Part shown: piece after piece, positions 9,840-20,298 of the stretch
Layout: each line of letters opens with the position of its first letter
How positions within the stretch are numbered: the stretch's first letter is position 1
Assembly (NCBI GenBank): GCA_050012255.1
Contig: JBEKHN010000021.1
Span: 1-31,858, forward strand
Direction: 5' to 3'
From: Candidatus Bathyarchaeia archaeon
Lineage (GTDB): Archaea; Thermoproteota; Bathyarchaeia; Bathyarchaeales; Bathycorpusculaceae
Length of the DNA stretch: 31,858 nt
Made by a program: the position numbers and the translations under genes
The notes under the pieces: generated by a model
Seen by the model: only the letters and a program-made list of their open reading frames with translations
Told to the model about the DNA's origin: nothing
Databases searched by the model: none

Positions 9840-9875
9840 TTTAGACTGTCTCCCTAATGTGTTCTGTTTGGGGGT

Positions 9876-10148
9876 CTATTTTTCGTTTTGGTGTTCCCAA
9901 GCGTCAATGAGGTTTTGCAACGCTTTAGTCTTGGGTGATTGCTCGTTGACTCTGTAAAGGCGGATTCTGCCGAACATCTTGCGTTGTAAGATGCCTTCGT
10001 CTTCCAAGATCTTCAGGTGTTTGGTTGCCGAAATGTAGTTGATTCTTAGCCTGCGAGCAATTTCGGAAACGTTTAGCTCGCCGACGTTGAACAGAATCTT
10101 TAAGATCTTCATGCGAAGCCTTGAAGAGAAAACGTCTTCTACGTTCAT
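9876..10148 (-). CDS. ArsR-family HTH regulator
   Basis: ELNVSEIARRL...TKHLKILEDEGI; overlaps the cdc6 stop. Confidence 0.88.
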   Translation of the reverse strand: MNVEDVFSSRLRMKILKILFNVGELNVSEIARRLRINYISATKHLKILEDEGILQRKMFGRIRLYRVNEQSPKTKALQNLIDAWEHQNEK

Positions 10149-11335
10149 GACTTCTCAAGCCTCTTTTCGAAAAAGCTTCTTAACTCTTTCTCCAGTTCGT
10201 GCGCAGGGATTCTGGGCAAAGAAATGGTTGTTGACCTGCCGCGACTGCCGGTCCCGGAGACCTGTGTTTCAACTATGCCGAGGTTTGAAAAGTCCTTAAG
10301 GTATTTCCACAACTGCGTGTGGCTAATTGGCGACGCATCGAATTCTTCACATACAACGGTATACGTTTGCTCCGCTTCAGAGAGCGAGATGCTGGCCTTC
10401 TGGTTTTCTTTGAAGATTCTGGCTATAGCCAGCAGGAAGAGTTTCTCGTGCAGGCCGAGAGTGGCAAGGTCGCCTCTCCGCATAGCTGGGAATATGCTTG
10501 AAACAGCTTCTCGCACGCATTCTGGTGTTACAGTGTCAAAGCCCTCAGCGTCTGCGTATTTTCCAGCGCGCCAGAGCAGCTCAATTCCAAAACGGGCATT
10601 CCCACTTTCGGAAAAAGCAAGCTCGGCAATAAGCGTCACGGTTCCTTCGGGCACGGCTAGGGGCTCGAAGGCCAGGGAAACCCTGTCATTCAGAATGTCG
10701 ACGAGTTGCTGTTTTGCGTATCTGTCAAGGCTTATGATGTTGGACTGCAGGGTGCTTCTTGTGCTGGCATCCAGCTGTTTGACCGTATCCAAATTTCGCA
10801 GAATGCACACGAGCGACAGCCGCTGAGGCTTGTTTTGCCTCGTCTCTTGGAGTCGCGTAAGCTTGTATACAGCTTCAGAGCCTTCTCTCTTAACGAGGCT
10901 TTCAAACTCGTCCAAGCTCAGGATTATGCAAGCATTTTCCTCGTCCAGAATCTGCATAAGCGTGCGCAGGAGTTCTTCGGCCGAATAGCCACGCTTGGGA
11001 AAGTTTGGATGAAAAACCGAGACTACGTGCTGAAGGATGAGAAAAAGGCTTCCACCATACTCTCGGCAATTAACGTGAACGTAACGCAGGTTTATTCCGC
11101 GCGTGCTGGCTTCGTGACCGATGTCAGCTCCGAAACGGTGGGAAAGCGCCGTCTTGCCAGTTCCCACATCTCCAGTGATTATAACTCTCTGGGCCATTCT
11201 TCCTGGAGACTTCAACGCAAAACCAAGGAATCCTCTGAGCAAACCTAGTTCATGTTCCCTGTGAGGGAGCCTTCGGGGAACATAGTTGATGTCGAGTTTT
11301 GTTTCGTCCCTGAACACGCTTCGGCCCTGCGACAA
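10145..11335 (-). CDS. cdc6: Orc1/Cdc6 replication initiator
   Basis: [10 protein letters not shown], Walker [14 protein letters not shown], Walker B LDEFE, GNAR sensor, C-terminal wHTH. Confidence 0.95.
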   Translation of the reverse strand: MSQGRSVFRDETKLDINYVPRRLPHREHELGLLRGFLGFALKSPGRMAQRVIITGDVGTGKTALSHRFGADIGHEASTRGINLRYVHVNCREYGGSLFLILQHVVSVFHPNFPKRGYSAEELLRTLMQILDEENACIILSLDEFESLVKREGSEAVYKLTRLQETRQNKPQRLSLVCILRNLDTVKQLDASTRSTLQSNIISLDRYAKQQLVDILNDRVSLAFEPLAVPEGTVTLIAELAFSESGNARFGIELLWRAGKYADAEGFDTVTPECVREAVSSIFPAMRRGDLATLGLHEKLFLLAIARIFKENQKASISLSEAEQTYTVVCEEFDASPISHTQLWKYLKDFSNLGIVETQVSGTGSRGRSTTISLPRIPAHELEKELRSFFEKRLEKS

Positions 11336-11451
11336 TCAGTCTTCCTCAAAACTACTATGTGCAAAGCTCTGTTATCCTTTTCCCTAACAAAACGATAGTG
11401 TTCCTAGAAAAACAAAAGACTAATAAGCGGACAGATCAATCTATTCGCAAA

Positions 11452-12030
11452 ATGATCCCGAGATATTTCTTCCTAACAAAGGGCACTGGAAAACACAAGG
11501 AACAACTGCAGTCTTTTGAGTTGGCCCTGAGGGACGCAGGAATACAGCATTGCAACATAGTCAGTGTCTCAAGCATCATACCGCCAGGCTGCAAGATGAT
11601 TTCAAGAGAGCGGGGCTTAGAGATGATAAGACCTGGAGAGATAACTTTCATTGTCCTTGCCAGAAACTCGACGAATGAACCGCACAGGCTGATCGCATCA
11701 TCCATAGGCGTCGCCATTCCATCGGGTAAGCACAACTACGGTTACCTTTCAGAACACCACTCTTTCGGGCAGCCTGACGACAAGGCTGGAGACTACTCAG
11801 AAGACCTTGCTGCAACGATGCTTGCCACGACCATGGGAATCCAGTTTGACCCAGAAACCGATTGGCACGAAAAAGAACAGCTTTTCAAAACCAGCGGTAT
11901 GATTATCAAGACGGCAAACGTGACACAGTCTGCAACGGGAGACAAAGGCGGCTTATGGACGACGGCCATCGCAGCCGCGGTCTTTGCTAGAGGAACGAAT
12001 GAGGGGCCATCGAAAAAGAGCACAAGTTGA
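11452..12030 (+). CDS. pdaD: Pyruvoyl-dependent arginine decarboxylase
   Basis: [22 protein letters not shown] self-cleavage site, GYLSEH. Confidence 0.93.
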   Translation: MIPRYFFLTKGTGKHKEQLQSFELALRDAGIQHCNIVSVSSIIPPGCKMISRERGLEMIRPGEITFIVLARNSTNEPHRLIASSIGVAIPSGKHNYGYLSEHHSFGQPDDKAGDYSEDLAATMLATTMGIQFDPETDWHEKEQLFKTSGMIIKTANVTQSATGDKGGLWTTAIAAAVFARGTNEGPSKKSTS

Positions 12031-12087
12031 TACTGCGCTGACATAACAAGATCCACAAACACTTTTTCTATTCCAAAACGATATTAA

Positions 12088-12810
<723 letters not shown>

Positions 12811-12826
12811 GTGAGTCTGGGAACAT

Positions 12827-13708
12827 TTGAAGGTCGAAGCTGAATGTGTGGCGTGCATCGTTAGCAGGGGCGCAGCAGAGGCTAAGGAGGCCACAACGAA
12901 CCGTGCGTTGCGTTTCAGAGCGATGAGCGACCTGATGCGATTGCTGACCAAGGAGTTTAGACCGACGGCGGTTCCGGCTGACTTGGGCACGAAGAGAGAC
13001 CGGGTGATAAGAAGAGTCACCGGCAACGATGATCCGTACAAGAGAAGCAAGAGGATAAGCAATGAGAAGGCTCTGAAACTCTTGTCCTACGCGAGAAAAC
13101 TGGTCGAAGAGGGCTACGCGCAAGAGGATCGGTTTAAGAGAGCCTGCCTGTGTGCCATCGTTGGCAACATCATTGAATTCGACATTCCAGGCCACAGGGC
13201 CTCGTTCAGCAGTCTGAAGAAGAATTTCAGAGAGGCGTCAAAAGACTTGGCTATCGACGACATCAACAACGCTTACGCGCTGGCAAAGAAGGCTCGTACG
13301 GTTCTCTACTTGACGGACAACGCTGGCGAAATCGTCTTTGACACGTTGCTTGTTGAACAGTTGAAAAACATGGGTTTAACAGTGACAGTCGCTGTCAAAG
13401 GTGTGCCGGTTATCAACGATGCGACTCTGGAAGATGCTGAGGCTTCTGGAATGAGCAAGGTCGCTGACAGGGTGATAACTACGGGAACGGATTCTGTGGG
13501 ACTAGCAGTGAAAGAGGTTTCGGCAGAGTTTCTTAGCGCGTACGATTCAGTTGACATCGTTTTTGCCAAAGGCATGGGTTACGCTGAAACCTTGACTGAA
13601 TGCAAACTCAAGAAACCGCACTTTTTGCTTTTCAGAGCAAAATGCACTCCAGTGGCAGACTATTTCGGTGTGGCAAGAGAAAAGAATGTCGCTAAGCTGA
13701 TGCCCTAG
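12827..13708 (+). CDS. DUF89/ARMT1-like damage-control phosphatase
   Basis: ECVAC, GNIIEF, DNAGE, NDAT, KGMGYAE, AKC. Confidence 0.9.
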   Translation: MKVEAECVACIVSRGAAEAKEATTNRALRFRAMSDLMRLLTKEFRPTAVPADLGTKRDRVIRRVTGNDDPYKRSKRISNEKALKLLSYARKLVEEGYAQEDRFKRACLCAIVGNIIEFDIPGHRASFSSLKKNFREASKDLAIDDINNAYALAKKARTVLYLTDNAGEIVFDTLLVEQLKNMGLTVTVAVKGVPVINDATLEDAEASGMSKVADRVITTGTDSVGLAVKEVSAEFLSAYDSVDIVFAKGMGYAETLTECKLKKPHFLLFRAKCTPVADYFGVAREKNVAKLMP

Positions 13709-15790
13709 ATGAGACTGCCATCTATAAGCTTTGACCGAGCAGCTCTTTCCAACTTTGAGAACTCGATTCGGAAAGAGTGGCTCATAACAAATGGTTTAGG
13801 CGGCTACGCGTCTTCCACTGTCCTAGGCATAAACACGAGGAAATACCATGGATTGCTGATAGGAGCTGTGCACCCGCCGAGAGACCGAAGAGTGTTCTTG
13901 TCAAAGCTGGATGAGGAAATAGTTTTGGGAGACGATGCCTACCAGCTTGGTGCCAACGAATTTCAGAGTGGAATTCTGCCCCGAGGATCTGATTTTCTGC
14001 GAGAATTTTCTATTTCGCCATTCCCAAAGTATGTTTACGTTGCAAACAACGTGATCGTTCAAAAAGCAATTCTCATGCCCTACGAAAAGAACTGTGTGAT
14101 AGCGATTTACAGTGTTTCAAACAAGGGTAATCTTGAAGCCAAAATGCACGTGTCGTCATTGGTTAACTGGAGACATTTTCACTCAGTCACGGATAGATGG
14201 AAGGCCTCCGATTTCAGCCAAGAGCAGGAAGGCAACGTGGTCAAATTGAGTTTCAAGAATCCTAAGGCAACCCTTCTGATGAGGGCAACAGACGGGGGCT
14301 ACTTTGATGCGGGCAAATGGGTTGAAAGAATTTACCTTCGTGAAGAGGCAAGTCGTGGAGAAAGCTGCTTCGACGACTGTTACCAACCTGGATACTTTGA
14401 AACAAGCGTAAGCACGGGCGAGACCAAGGACTTTGCAATAGTTGCGGTAGCAGACGAAGATGAAGATCGGGCAGGAAAAGCTTTGAAAGAAATCCCTTTG
14501 ACCGTTAGTGACCTCAGGGCCTTGTTCGAAAAAGAAATGGGAAGACGTGAGGATGCATTAACAAGATTCTACGGTTCCCATGAAAACAGCTCTGCAAGCA
14601 ATTGGCTAGACTTGCTTGTCCTAGCGAGTGGGGCATTCATAACGAAAGGTATAGATGATATGCAGAGATCCGTGATCGCGGGCTATCCTTGGTTCAGTGC
14701 ATGGGGGAGGGACACGTTTGTTTCCCTGCCAGGATTGATGCTTGTCACCGGAAGGTTTGAAGAAGCGAGAGCAGTTTTCCTCGGGTTTGCAAAATACTGC
14801 GATAGAGGCCTGATTCCGAACTTTCTTCCAGACGAGGTTGGACCGCCAGCTTACAACACGGTTGACGCTACGCTTTGGTACGTAAACGCAGTGTTGCAAT
14901 ATGTCAAGTACACTGGCGATTTTAGATTTGTTAAACAACACATTTGGCAAGCTCTGAAGGCCTTCATCGAAAACCACGTTGAGGGAACTCTCTTCGGCAT
15001 TCACGTGGATGCTGATGGCTTGCTCTGCCATGGTCCACAGTTGACTTGGATGGACGCGGCAGTTAACGATGAGCCAGTGACGCCTAGGCCTGGAAAGGCT
15101 GTTGAGGTACAAGCCTTGTGGTATAATTCCCTGAAGACCATGGAGTCGCTGGCAACCAGGTTCGGGGAGAGCAGCAGAGCTGAAGAATACCGGCAAATGG
15201 CTGAAATGGTCCAGAAAAGTTTCGTTAGCAAATTCTGGAATTTGGAAAGAAGCTGCTTGTACGATGTGGTTGATGAGCATGAACTAGACGCTTCTCTGAG
15301 GCCCAACCAGATCATTGCCGTCGCATTGGATTTTACGATGCTTGACGATGCTAAGAACCAGAGGGTCGTTGACGTTGTTCAGAATGAGCTTTTAACTCCC
15401 TGCGGTTTGAGAACTCTTGCAAGGAATGACCCGCGTTACGTTGGAGTCTATTCGGGTGATAGAGCAAGCAGAGACAGAGCATACCATAACGGCACGGTTT
15501 GGCCCTGGCTCTTGGGCCCGCTAACCACAGCTTTTCTTAAGGTCAAGGGATATGCAGAGTTGCAGCGCGAATACGCGTTCCAAAACTTTCTGAAACCGTT
15601 GTTCACGCAGAAGGTTTTTGAGGCAGGGCTTGGAACCCTGGGAGAAATCTTTGATGGGGAACCGCCGTACACGCCTAGAGGATGCATCGCTCAAGCGTGG
15701 AGCGTGGCAGAACCTCTCAGAGCTTATGTCGAAGATTTCCTGCAAGTCAGGCCGCAATACGAGAAGAAGGTCTTGCAGAGTTCAGTGTGA
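13709..15790 (+). CDS. Amylo-alpha-1,6-glucosidase (archaeal-type glycogen debranching enzyme)
   Basis: EWLITNGLGGYAS, AGYPWF..WGRDT, TWMDA, LRPNQ, YHNGTVWPWL, QAWSVAE. Confidence 0.93.
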   Translation: MRLPSISFDRAALSNFENSIRKEWLITNGLGGYASSTVLGINTRKYHGLLIGAVHPPRDRRVFLSKLDEEIVLGDDAYQLGANEFQSGILPRGSDFLREFSISPFPKYVYVANNVIVQKAILMPYEKNCVIAIYSVSNKGNLEAKMHVSSLVNWRHFHSVTDRWKASDFSQEQEGNVVKLSFKNPKATLLMRATDGGYFDAGKWVERIYLREEASRGESCFDDCYQPGYFETSVSTGETKDFAIVAVADEDEDRAGKALKEIPLTVSDLRALFEKEMGRREDALTRFYGSHENSSASNWLDLLVLASGAFITKGIDDMQRSVIAGYPWFSAWGRDTFVSLPGLMLVTGRFEEARAVFLGFAKYCDRGLIPNFLPDEVGPPAYNTVDATLWYVNAVLQYVKYTGDFRFVKQHIWQALKAFIENHVEGTLFGIHVDADGLLCHGPQLTWMDAAVNDEPVTPRPGKAVEVQALWYNSLKTMESLATRFGESSRAEEYRQMAEMVQKSFVSKFWNLERSCLYDVVDEHELDASLRPNQIIAVALDFTMLDDAKNQRVVDVVQNELLTPCGLRTLARNDPRYVGVYSGDRASRDRAYHNGTVWPWLLGPLTTAFLKVKGYAELQREYAFQNFLKPLFTQKVFEAGLGTLGEIFDGEPPYTPRGCIAQAWSVAEPLRAYVEDFLQVRPQYEKKVLQSSV

Positions 15791-16819
15791 AGAGGCTTTT
15801 CTCATGCTTTCTGCGGCTGTTTCGGGAGTCATAGTGTTTATGTATACTCCTGTGCTTTTTTCGAATCCAGCCCATGTTGCCAGCTTGGGGTAGACCTCCA
15901 AGTGCCAATGATAGTGGTCAGACGCTTCCTTGCTCGTGGTCTGGTGGAAACCAAAATTGTACGGAGGATCGTGCACTAGGCATTTCAGCCTGCCAAGGCA
16001 CTCTTTTAATGTCTCTGCAAGGGTTTTCACTTCGCCCTTTTGCATGTCGAGCAGCGAGCTCTCGTGGTTTTTAGGAAACATCCAGAACTCCAGGGGATTC
16101 ACACTCGCATAAGGCGTGAAGACCGCAAACTTTGCGTTTTCCAGGACGAGTCTTGGCCCTTTGCTTTCTTTCTCAATTATGTCGCAGAAGACGCATTTCC
16201 TGTTTTCCTTCCAGAATTTCTTTGCTGCTTTAATCTCCTCTTTGACGATCGTTGGCACAAATGGGGTTGCAATTATTTGACTGTGAGCGTGCGAGAGAGA
16301 GGCTCCGGCTTCTAACCCGTGGTTGCGAAAGATTGAAACGTACTGAACATAAGGTTTCGCCGAGAGCTGACACAGTCTGTCAACATAACCGTTGATGACT
16401 AGTACTAGTTGTGTGATTCTTGCGTTCGCCGGGTGTTCATCGTGAACTGGCGATTCAACGAGGACTTCGTGATGTCCGACAGCCATGGTTAGATTTTGAC
16501 TCTTGCTGATCAGCTTCAAGTCGACCTTGCCGTGCGGAGGGGAAAACGCGGGATAAAGGTTTGGGATCGCGCGGATCAACCAGTTCTTGTGTCTCTGGTG
16601 ATCTCTGTCCTCAGTCTTCTTTATACCGCTGCCTGACTTGAGGTAAACCAGAAAGGCTGGTGGAGTCATGTGCTCGTTACCCGGGCACATCGGGCAAATA
16701 CCTGCCTTGGCTGGCTGTGTTTGCTGCTTTGCGAAGTCGGTCGGTCTGCGGCCGCGTCCAGTGGCGATGACGACCCAGCGGTCGAGCAGATAATCCTTGC
16801 GAACCTCGTTGAAAGGCAT
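15782..16819 (-). CDS. galT: Galactose-1-phosphate uridylyltransferase family
   Basis: CPMCPGNE, NLYPA, NHGLEAGASLSHAHSQ, HWHLE, AGFE. Confidence 0.92.
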   Translation of the reverse strand: MPFNEVRKDYLLDRWVVIATGRGRRPTDFAKQQTQPAKAGICPMCPGNEHMTPPAFLVYLKSGSGIKKTEDRDHQRHKNWLIRAIPNLYPAFSPPHGKVDLKLISKSQNLTMAVGHHEVLVESPVHDEHPANARITQLVLVINGYVDRLCQLSAKPYVQYVSIFRNHGLEAGASLSHAHSQIIATPFVPTIVKEEIKAAKKFWKENRKCVFCDIIEKESKGPRLVLENAKFAVFTPYASVNPLEFWMFPKNHESSLLDMQKGEVKTLAETLKECLGRLKCLVHDPPYNFGFHQTTSKEASDHYHWHLEVYPKLATWAGFEKSTGVYINTMTPETAAESMRKASSH

Positions 16820-16931
16820 GCCTAAACTTCCAGTCAACACCAGAATAAACCTTGACGGCATTTATCATTTTCTAGTGCCGATGGAAACGAGTTTGATTGT
16901 TTACGGATTCGGAATCGTTTCACAGAAAAGA

Positions 16932-17247
16932 GCGGTGGGCCACAGGAGATCGGCGCTCAGACTCCGCTGAACCCTCAAACCCTACACTCGTACCCGCATC
17001 CCCCTGAGCGCTGAACGCCCAGACTTAGGTTGCTCCCTCCCGGTCCTGGCCAAGTTCGCCTGGTCAACACTAAAGACAGCTCCCCTACGGAAGCCGCCTA
17101 ATGACCGCCAGCCCCAAGGGACGGATAGTCTTCGTTTCGGAGATGAAGGCCTCAGCAGCCTTAAACGCCTCAGCCCCAGCTTTCGGCCCGTCCTATAGAG
17201 GGTTTACGGTACAGGGGACCCCTAGCCCCCCGCCTAAGACCCACCGC
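16932..17247 (-). ncRNA. ffs: Archaeal SRP (7S) RNA
   Basis: Ends pair (GCGGTGGG/CCCACCGC), helix 8 CCAGGACC-GGGA-GGGAGCAAC, helix 6 TTCC-GTAG-GGGA, about 316 nt, T-run immediately downstream. Confidence 0.93.
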
Positions 17248-17271
17248 AAGAGGACTCTGAACATTTCAGAA

Positions 17272-17288
17272 CTATAAAACTTTGCCCC
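17272..17288 (-). promoter_or_regulatory. SRP RNA promoter; also a variant of the island palindrome
   Basis: Minus strand GGGGCAAAG-TTTTATAG about 25 bp upstream of the SRP RNA 5' end. Confidence 0.75.
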
Positions 17289-17299
17289 TAAATCTAAAT

Positions 17300-17785
17300 C
17301 TATGCTGTTGGTTGAAGCTTCTGCTTTCTTCTCTTCATTTGTTCGTAGAGATACTCCCAGTACTGAAACATGTTGAGGTCGCCAGAATCCTTTCGCATGT
17401 CTACTATCAGAGGCTTGATCTTCTCCCATGATGACTGAATGATGTCTCCCCAAAAATCGTATACAATATCCGCTTCTACCAGTTTTCTGTAAACAAGGAT
17501 GCCTATCCCTTCAAAATAGTTGCCAAGAATCTTCAACATCATATGCTCTGGTTTTTCGGAATATCTTGCGAGATAATCATCATAGTTTTCGTATTCGATA
17601 GAACAGACTTGAGTTATTGCTTCCTGCACTTCTCTGGCGCTCATATTGAACCATGGAGACAGTCTAATCATGCTCTCCGTTTGTCTTAATCTGCTCTGAT
17701 GCCGAATCTCTACGATGTAATATATGACTCCTGCTAGCACACCAGCAGAAGCAATCGCAATGGAAACAGTAGATATGTCAATCAT
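17300..17785 (-). CDS. DUF4760-like membrane-anchored protein
   Basis: N-terminal TM helix, then NYFEGIGILV...W.KIKP.I..MR...WEYLY pattern. Confidence 0.75.
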   Translation of the reverse strand: MIDISTVSIAIASAGVLAGVIYYIVEIRHQSRLRQTESMIRLSPWFNMSAREVQEAITQVCSIEYENYDDYLARYSEKPEHMMLKILGNYFEGIGILVYRKLVEADIVYDFWGDIIQSSWEKIKPLIVDMRKDSGDLNMFQYWEYLYEQMKRRKQKLQPTA

Positions 17786-17867
17786 TGTCGACACCTTGAA
17801 CGCTAAAACAAGATAGTCTTGATTTGGGTCGGCTATAACTTTTCTGCATCTCGATTTTTCGGGTCTG

Positions 17868-17886
17868 AGTTTGGGATAAAACTTTA
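17868..17886 (+). repeat. Island palindrome copy 1 (right arm missing)
   Basis: AGTTTGGGATAAAACTTTA followed directly by GCGCGC. Confidence 0.8.
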
Positions 17887-18094
17887 GCGCGCTGGCTTGT
17901 CCCTAAATTCGCAAAAAACACGAATTTAAAAGCATATACAATTTGCATATACACTTTGCATATACACTTTGCATATACACTTTGCATATACAGTTAACGA
18001 GCATCCTTGAAAACGGTGAGGCTGTTCAGGTCGGATGCTGAGCCGAGTGGGCAGTTCAAGTGCGAACGCACAATAAAGGGACAAGGCAGCGCGC
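17887..18094. repeat. GCGCGC-ended inverted-repeat element A (MITE/hairpin-like)
   Basis: Left GCGCGCTGGCTTGTCCCTAAATT; right end reverse-complemented GCGCGCTGCCTTGTCCCTTTATT; TA on both sides. Confidence 0.8.
17932..17992. repeat. 13-bp tandem repeat, about 4.7 copies
   Basis: GCATATACACTTT units at 17932, 17945, 17958, 17971 and partial at 17984. Confidence 0.95.
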
Positions 18095-18329
18095 TATGTT
18101 TTGTCGGCTGCGAAAGAAAGGAACCGATATTTGTCAATGTCATTTGGGGGATTGAGGATAATCCATGGCTTAGCAGAGCCGGTATGTGATTTTTCCGTCC
18201 GACTTGAGTGGTTAAGTCTATCTCTCATTCCGCCCGTGAATTTCTCTTTGCCATGGGGCTGACACTCCCCCTATAGGCTGAGGTAACAGTTGTGGTAATG
18301 TTGGATGGTAACACACACGTCACAGCAGA

Positions 18330-19301
18330 TCAGGAAAATTCTGCCACCATTCCGTCAACCGCAAGAGCCTTCTTGAACCCCAACGCCTTCACCGTTTCGG
18401 CCAGCTCCTGCTGCGTCGAGGGAACGGTTACGCGAAACCTGTTCACACCAGCAGTCTCAACAACGCATCGTGCGGCATTTATGAGCAGTTTCTCAACGCC
18501 AAGCTTCCTACCCTCGACGTTAGCGTGTATGAACCCGATCTTGCCTACTTCGTTAGTGGTCGTGTACGAGACTTCAGCATAACCAACTATCCTGCCATTA
18601 TGCACTGCAGCAAGCTTTGTTTCCTTCGAGGTACGGAAAAAACGCGCCAGAAACGGTGTCTTCAAATTGTTCTTCCTGAAATCGTACATCTTCAATCGAA
18701 CAGGGTCCTCCGAAGCCACGACAAGCGTGTAAACCTCGTTCAAATCGTCATTCTGAAACGGCCTAATCACGACGCCGTCAACGTCTTCTGGTGCGACAAA
18801 TGAACCTGTTTCTCCAACAAAATAAACAGCATTTTCAAAAGCTCTGAACCTCAGTTTAACATACATGTCTATCGCAGGAACATTCGTCGATAGTACACCC
18901 AACACCGCTCTCGCCTTTCCCCTTTGGCGAACATACTCAAGCGCACGTGTCATTAATCTCGTGGCGATTCCTCTTCTCCTGCAATCTGGATCAACCATTA
19001 CCACAGAAATTGAACTCAATTTCCCCCTATCTGCAACGATCGTTGTTCCCACGAGCTTGCCATCAGCTTCTGCAGCCAGAAACTTCAATGGTCTTTTCCC
19101 AAACAACCCTAACAATCCGAACAAAAACCTGCCACCCCACCCGAACCAACGGTTAACCATTCCCCTGACATGATCAGGATCAAACCCGGTGGCTTCAAAC
19201 TCCTCAGCATTGCACACGGGCAGAAGACGCAGCAAATCATCCAAATCAGACTTACGGAAATCCCTAATCAAAACATTATCGTTCTGTCTGTCAGCTTTCA
19301 A
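18330..19301 (-). CDS. Tandem-domain GNAT acetyltransferase
   Basis: VDPDCRRRGIATRL, NVPAIDMY; second domain GRKLGVEKLL. Confidence 0.88.
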   Translation of the reverse strand: MKADRQNDNVLIRDFRKSDLDDLLRLLPVCNAEEFEATGFDPDHVRGMVNRWFGWGGRFLFGLLGLFGKRPLKFLAAEADGKLVGTTIVADRGKLSSISVVMVDPDCRRRGIATRLMTRALEYVRQRGKARAVLGVLSTNVPAIDMYVKLRFRAFENAVYFVGETGSFVAPEDVDGVVIRPFQNDDLNEVYTLVVASEDPVRLKMYDFRKNNLKTPFLARFFRTSKETKLAAVHNGRIVGYAEVSYTTTNEVGKIGFIHANVEGRKLGVEKLLINAARCVVETAGVNRFRVTVPSTQQELAETVKALGFKKALAVDGMVAEFS

Positions 19302-19423
19302 ACCTGCTCACGTCAATCCCAAAAGGATTGACCATTCTCTTAAGGCTAAGTCTCAACACGTCATCACAAACTGTGACTAAACCTTAATGATGAAATGAAG
19401 AATTCAAACCGAATTAGCACGTG

Positions 19424-19627
19424 TCACTCGCTAAGTCCAATGCCTTCTTGGATCAATTCTGCCAGCCGAAAAGTGAACCGAGCCGCAGGAGCCCCATAAA
19501 CAACGTCCTCATCAGACATCACGGTCAAGCTGAGGAACTCACGAGTTTCAGTTCTATCCTCAACCACTTTCGGCTTCTTCGAAATACCTCCTAGGGCATT
19601 GCCATTCTGTTCTAGGCAGGGCATCAT
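19424..19627 (-). pseudogene. C-terminal fragment of 2-oxoacid dehydrogenase E2-like acyltransferase
   Basis: GGISKKPKVV...REFLSLTVMSDEDVVYGAPAARF matches the E2 C-terminus with the DHxxxDG motif degraded; no N-terminal part. Confidence 0.75.
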
Positions 19628-19631
19628 CGTC

Positions 19632-19659
19632 GTTGGTTGGTTGGATAGAACTTTACCCT
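19632..19659 (+). repeat. Island palindrome copy 2
   Basis: GTTGGTTGGTTGGATAGAACTTTACCCT. Confidence 0.8.
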
Positions 19660-19756
19660 TTTTCTCTCTCCTTTTAATTCTCTAATTCTAATGCTCTAAC
19701 TCTCACTCTCTCTCTACACACACGCACACACAAACACACACAAATGGCGCGCGCTA
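19658..19756. repeat. CT/CA-rich low-complexity arm ending in GCGCGC-TA
   Basis: Homologous to the reverse complement of 28263-28378. Confidence 0.8.
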
Positions 19757-19852
19757 TAGACAGTCAAATCACTCAGCAACTAGAAAAGGTCGAAGTTTTC
19801 CGTTCATATTCCTCTTTCAAATGTAGGGACCAAGTCCTTTCAACTTCAAGTC

Positions 19853-20248
19853 TCACTTGTATTCACTAACATGGACATTCCAATCACCCAAGCCTCCAAG
19901 AATGACAATGTGCAAATAGAATCTGCCTTTCACATCTAGAAGGTCCTCTCCACTGTAAGTTTGAAATGGCGTTTGAATCTCCTTTGTCACGTTATGTGCC
20001 GTGGCGTTCATGACAATAATAAGAAAATTCGAATCAAACGCGTTTATATCGTTGCAACGCCAATTAATCCGCCATTCGTCCCCAGTTATCACAAACTGCT
20101 CTGTAGTCATATCGTTATTCTGTTCGGACCCACTCCAACTTCCAATAGAAACCCATTGTTTTCCTTTTGGCTGAAGTTGACTATTGATAATCCATGCTCC
20201 GCCGATAACCACAACTAGAACTGCAAGGATAGCAGGTACAGCGAGCAT
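19853..20248 (-). CDS. Membrane-anchored extracellular beta-rich protein
   Basis: N-terminal hydrophobic helix; WSGS...F.ITG.EWRINW...GDWNVHV. Confidence 0.7.
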   Translation of the reverse strand: MLAVPAILAVLVVVIGGAWIINSQLQPKGKQWVSIGSWSGSEQNNDMTTEQFVITGDEWRINWRCNDINAFDSNFLIIVMNATAHNVTKEIQTPFQTYSGEDLLDVKGRFYLHIVILGGLGDWNVHVSEYK

Positions 20249-20298
20249 ACTTTTTTCCCATATCTCTTGTCGTCTTCATTCATCTTTGAACCCCTAGT

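Noticed and set aside
11336-11451. Replication origin next to cdc6 (GTTCCTAGAAAAACAAAAG)
   Set aside because: Only a weak single ORB resemblance in a short gap, no repeated ORBs or G-string.
16932-17247. RNase P RNA
   Set aside because: Lacks GAGGAAAGUCC and ACAGAA P4 motifs; has the SRP helix 8 signature.
17932-17992. CRISPR array
   Set aside because: Head-to-tail 13-bp units with no spacers and no cas genes.
20249-20262. Phase-variable A6 tract upstream of the 131-aa gene
   Set aside because: Tract is short and the gene has its own usable ATG.
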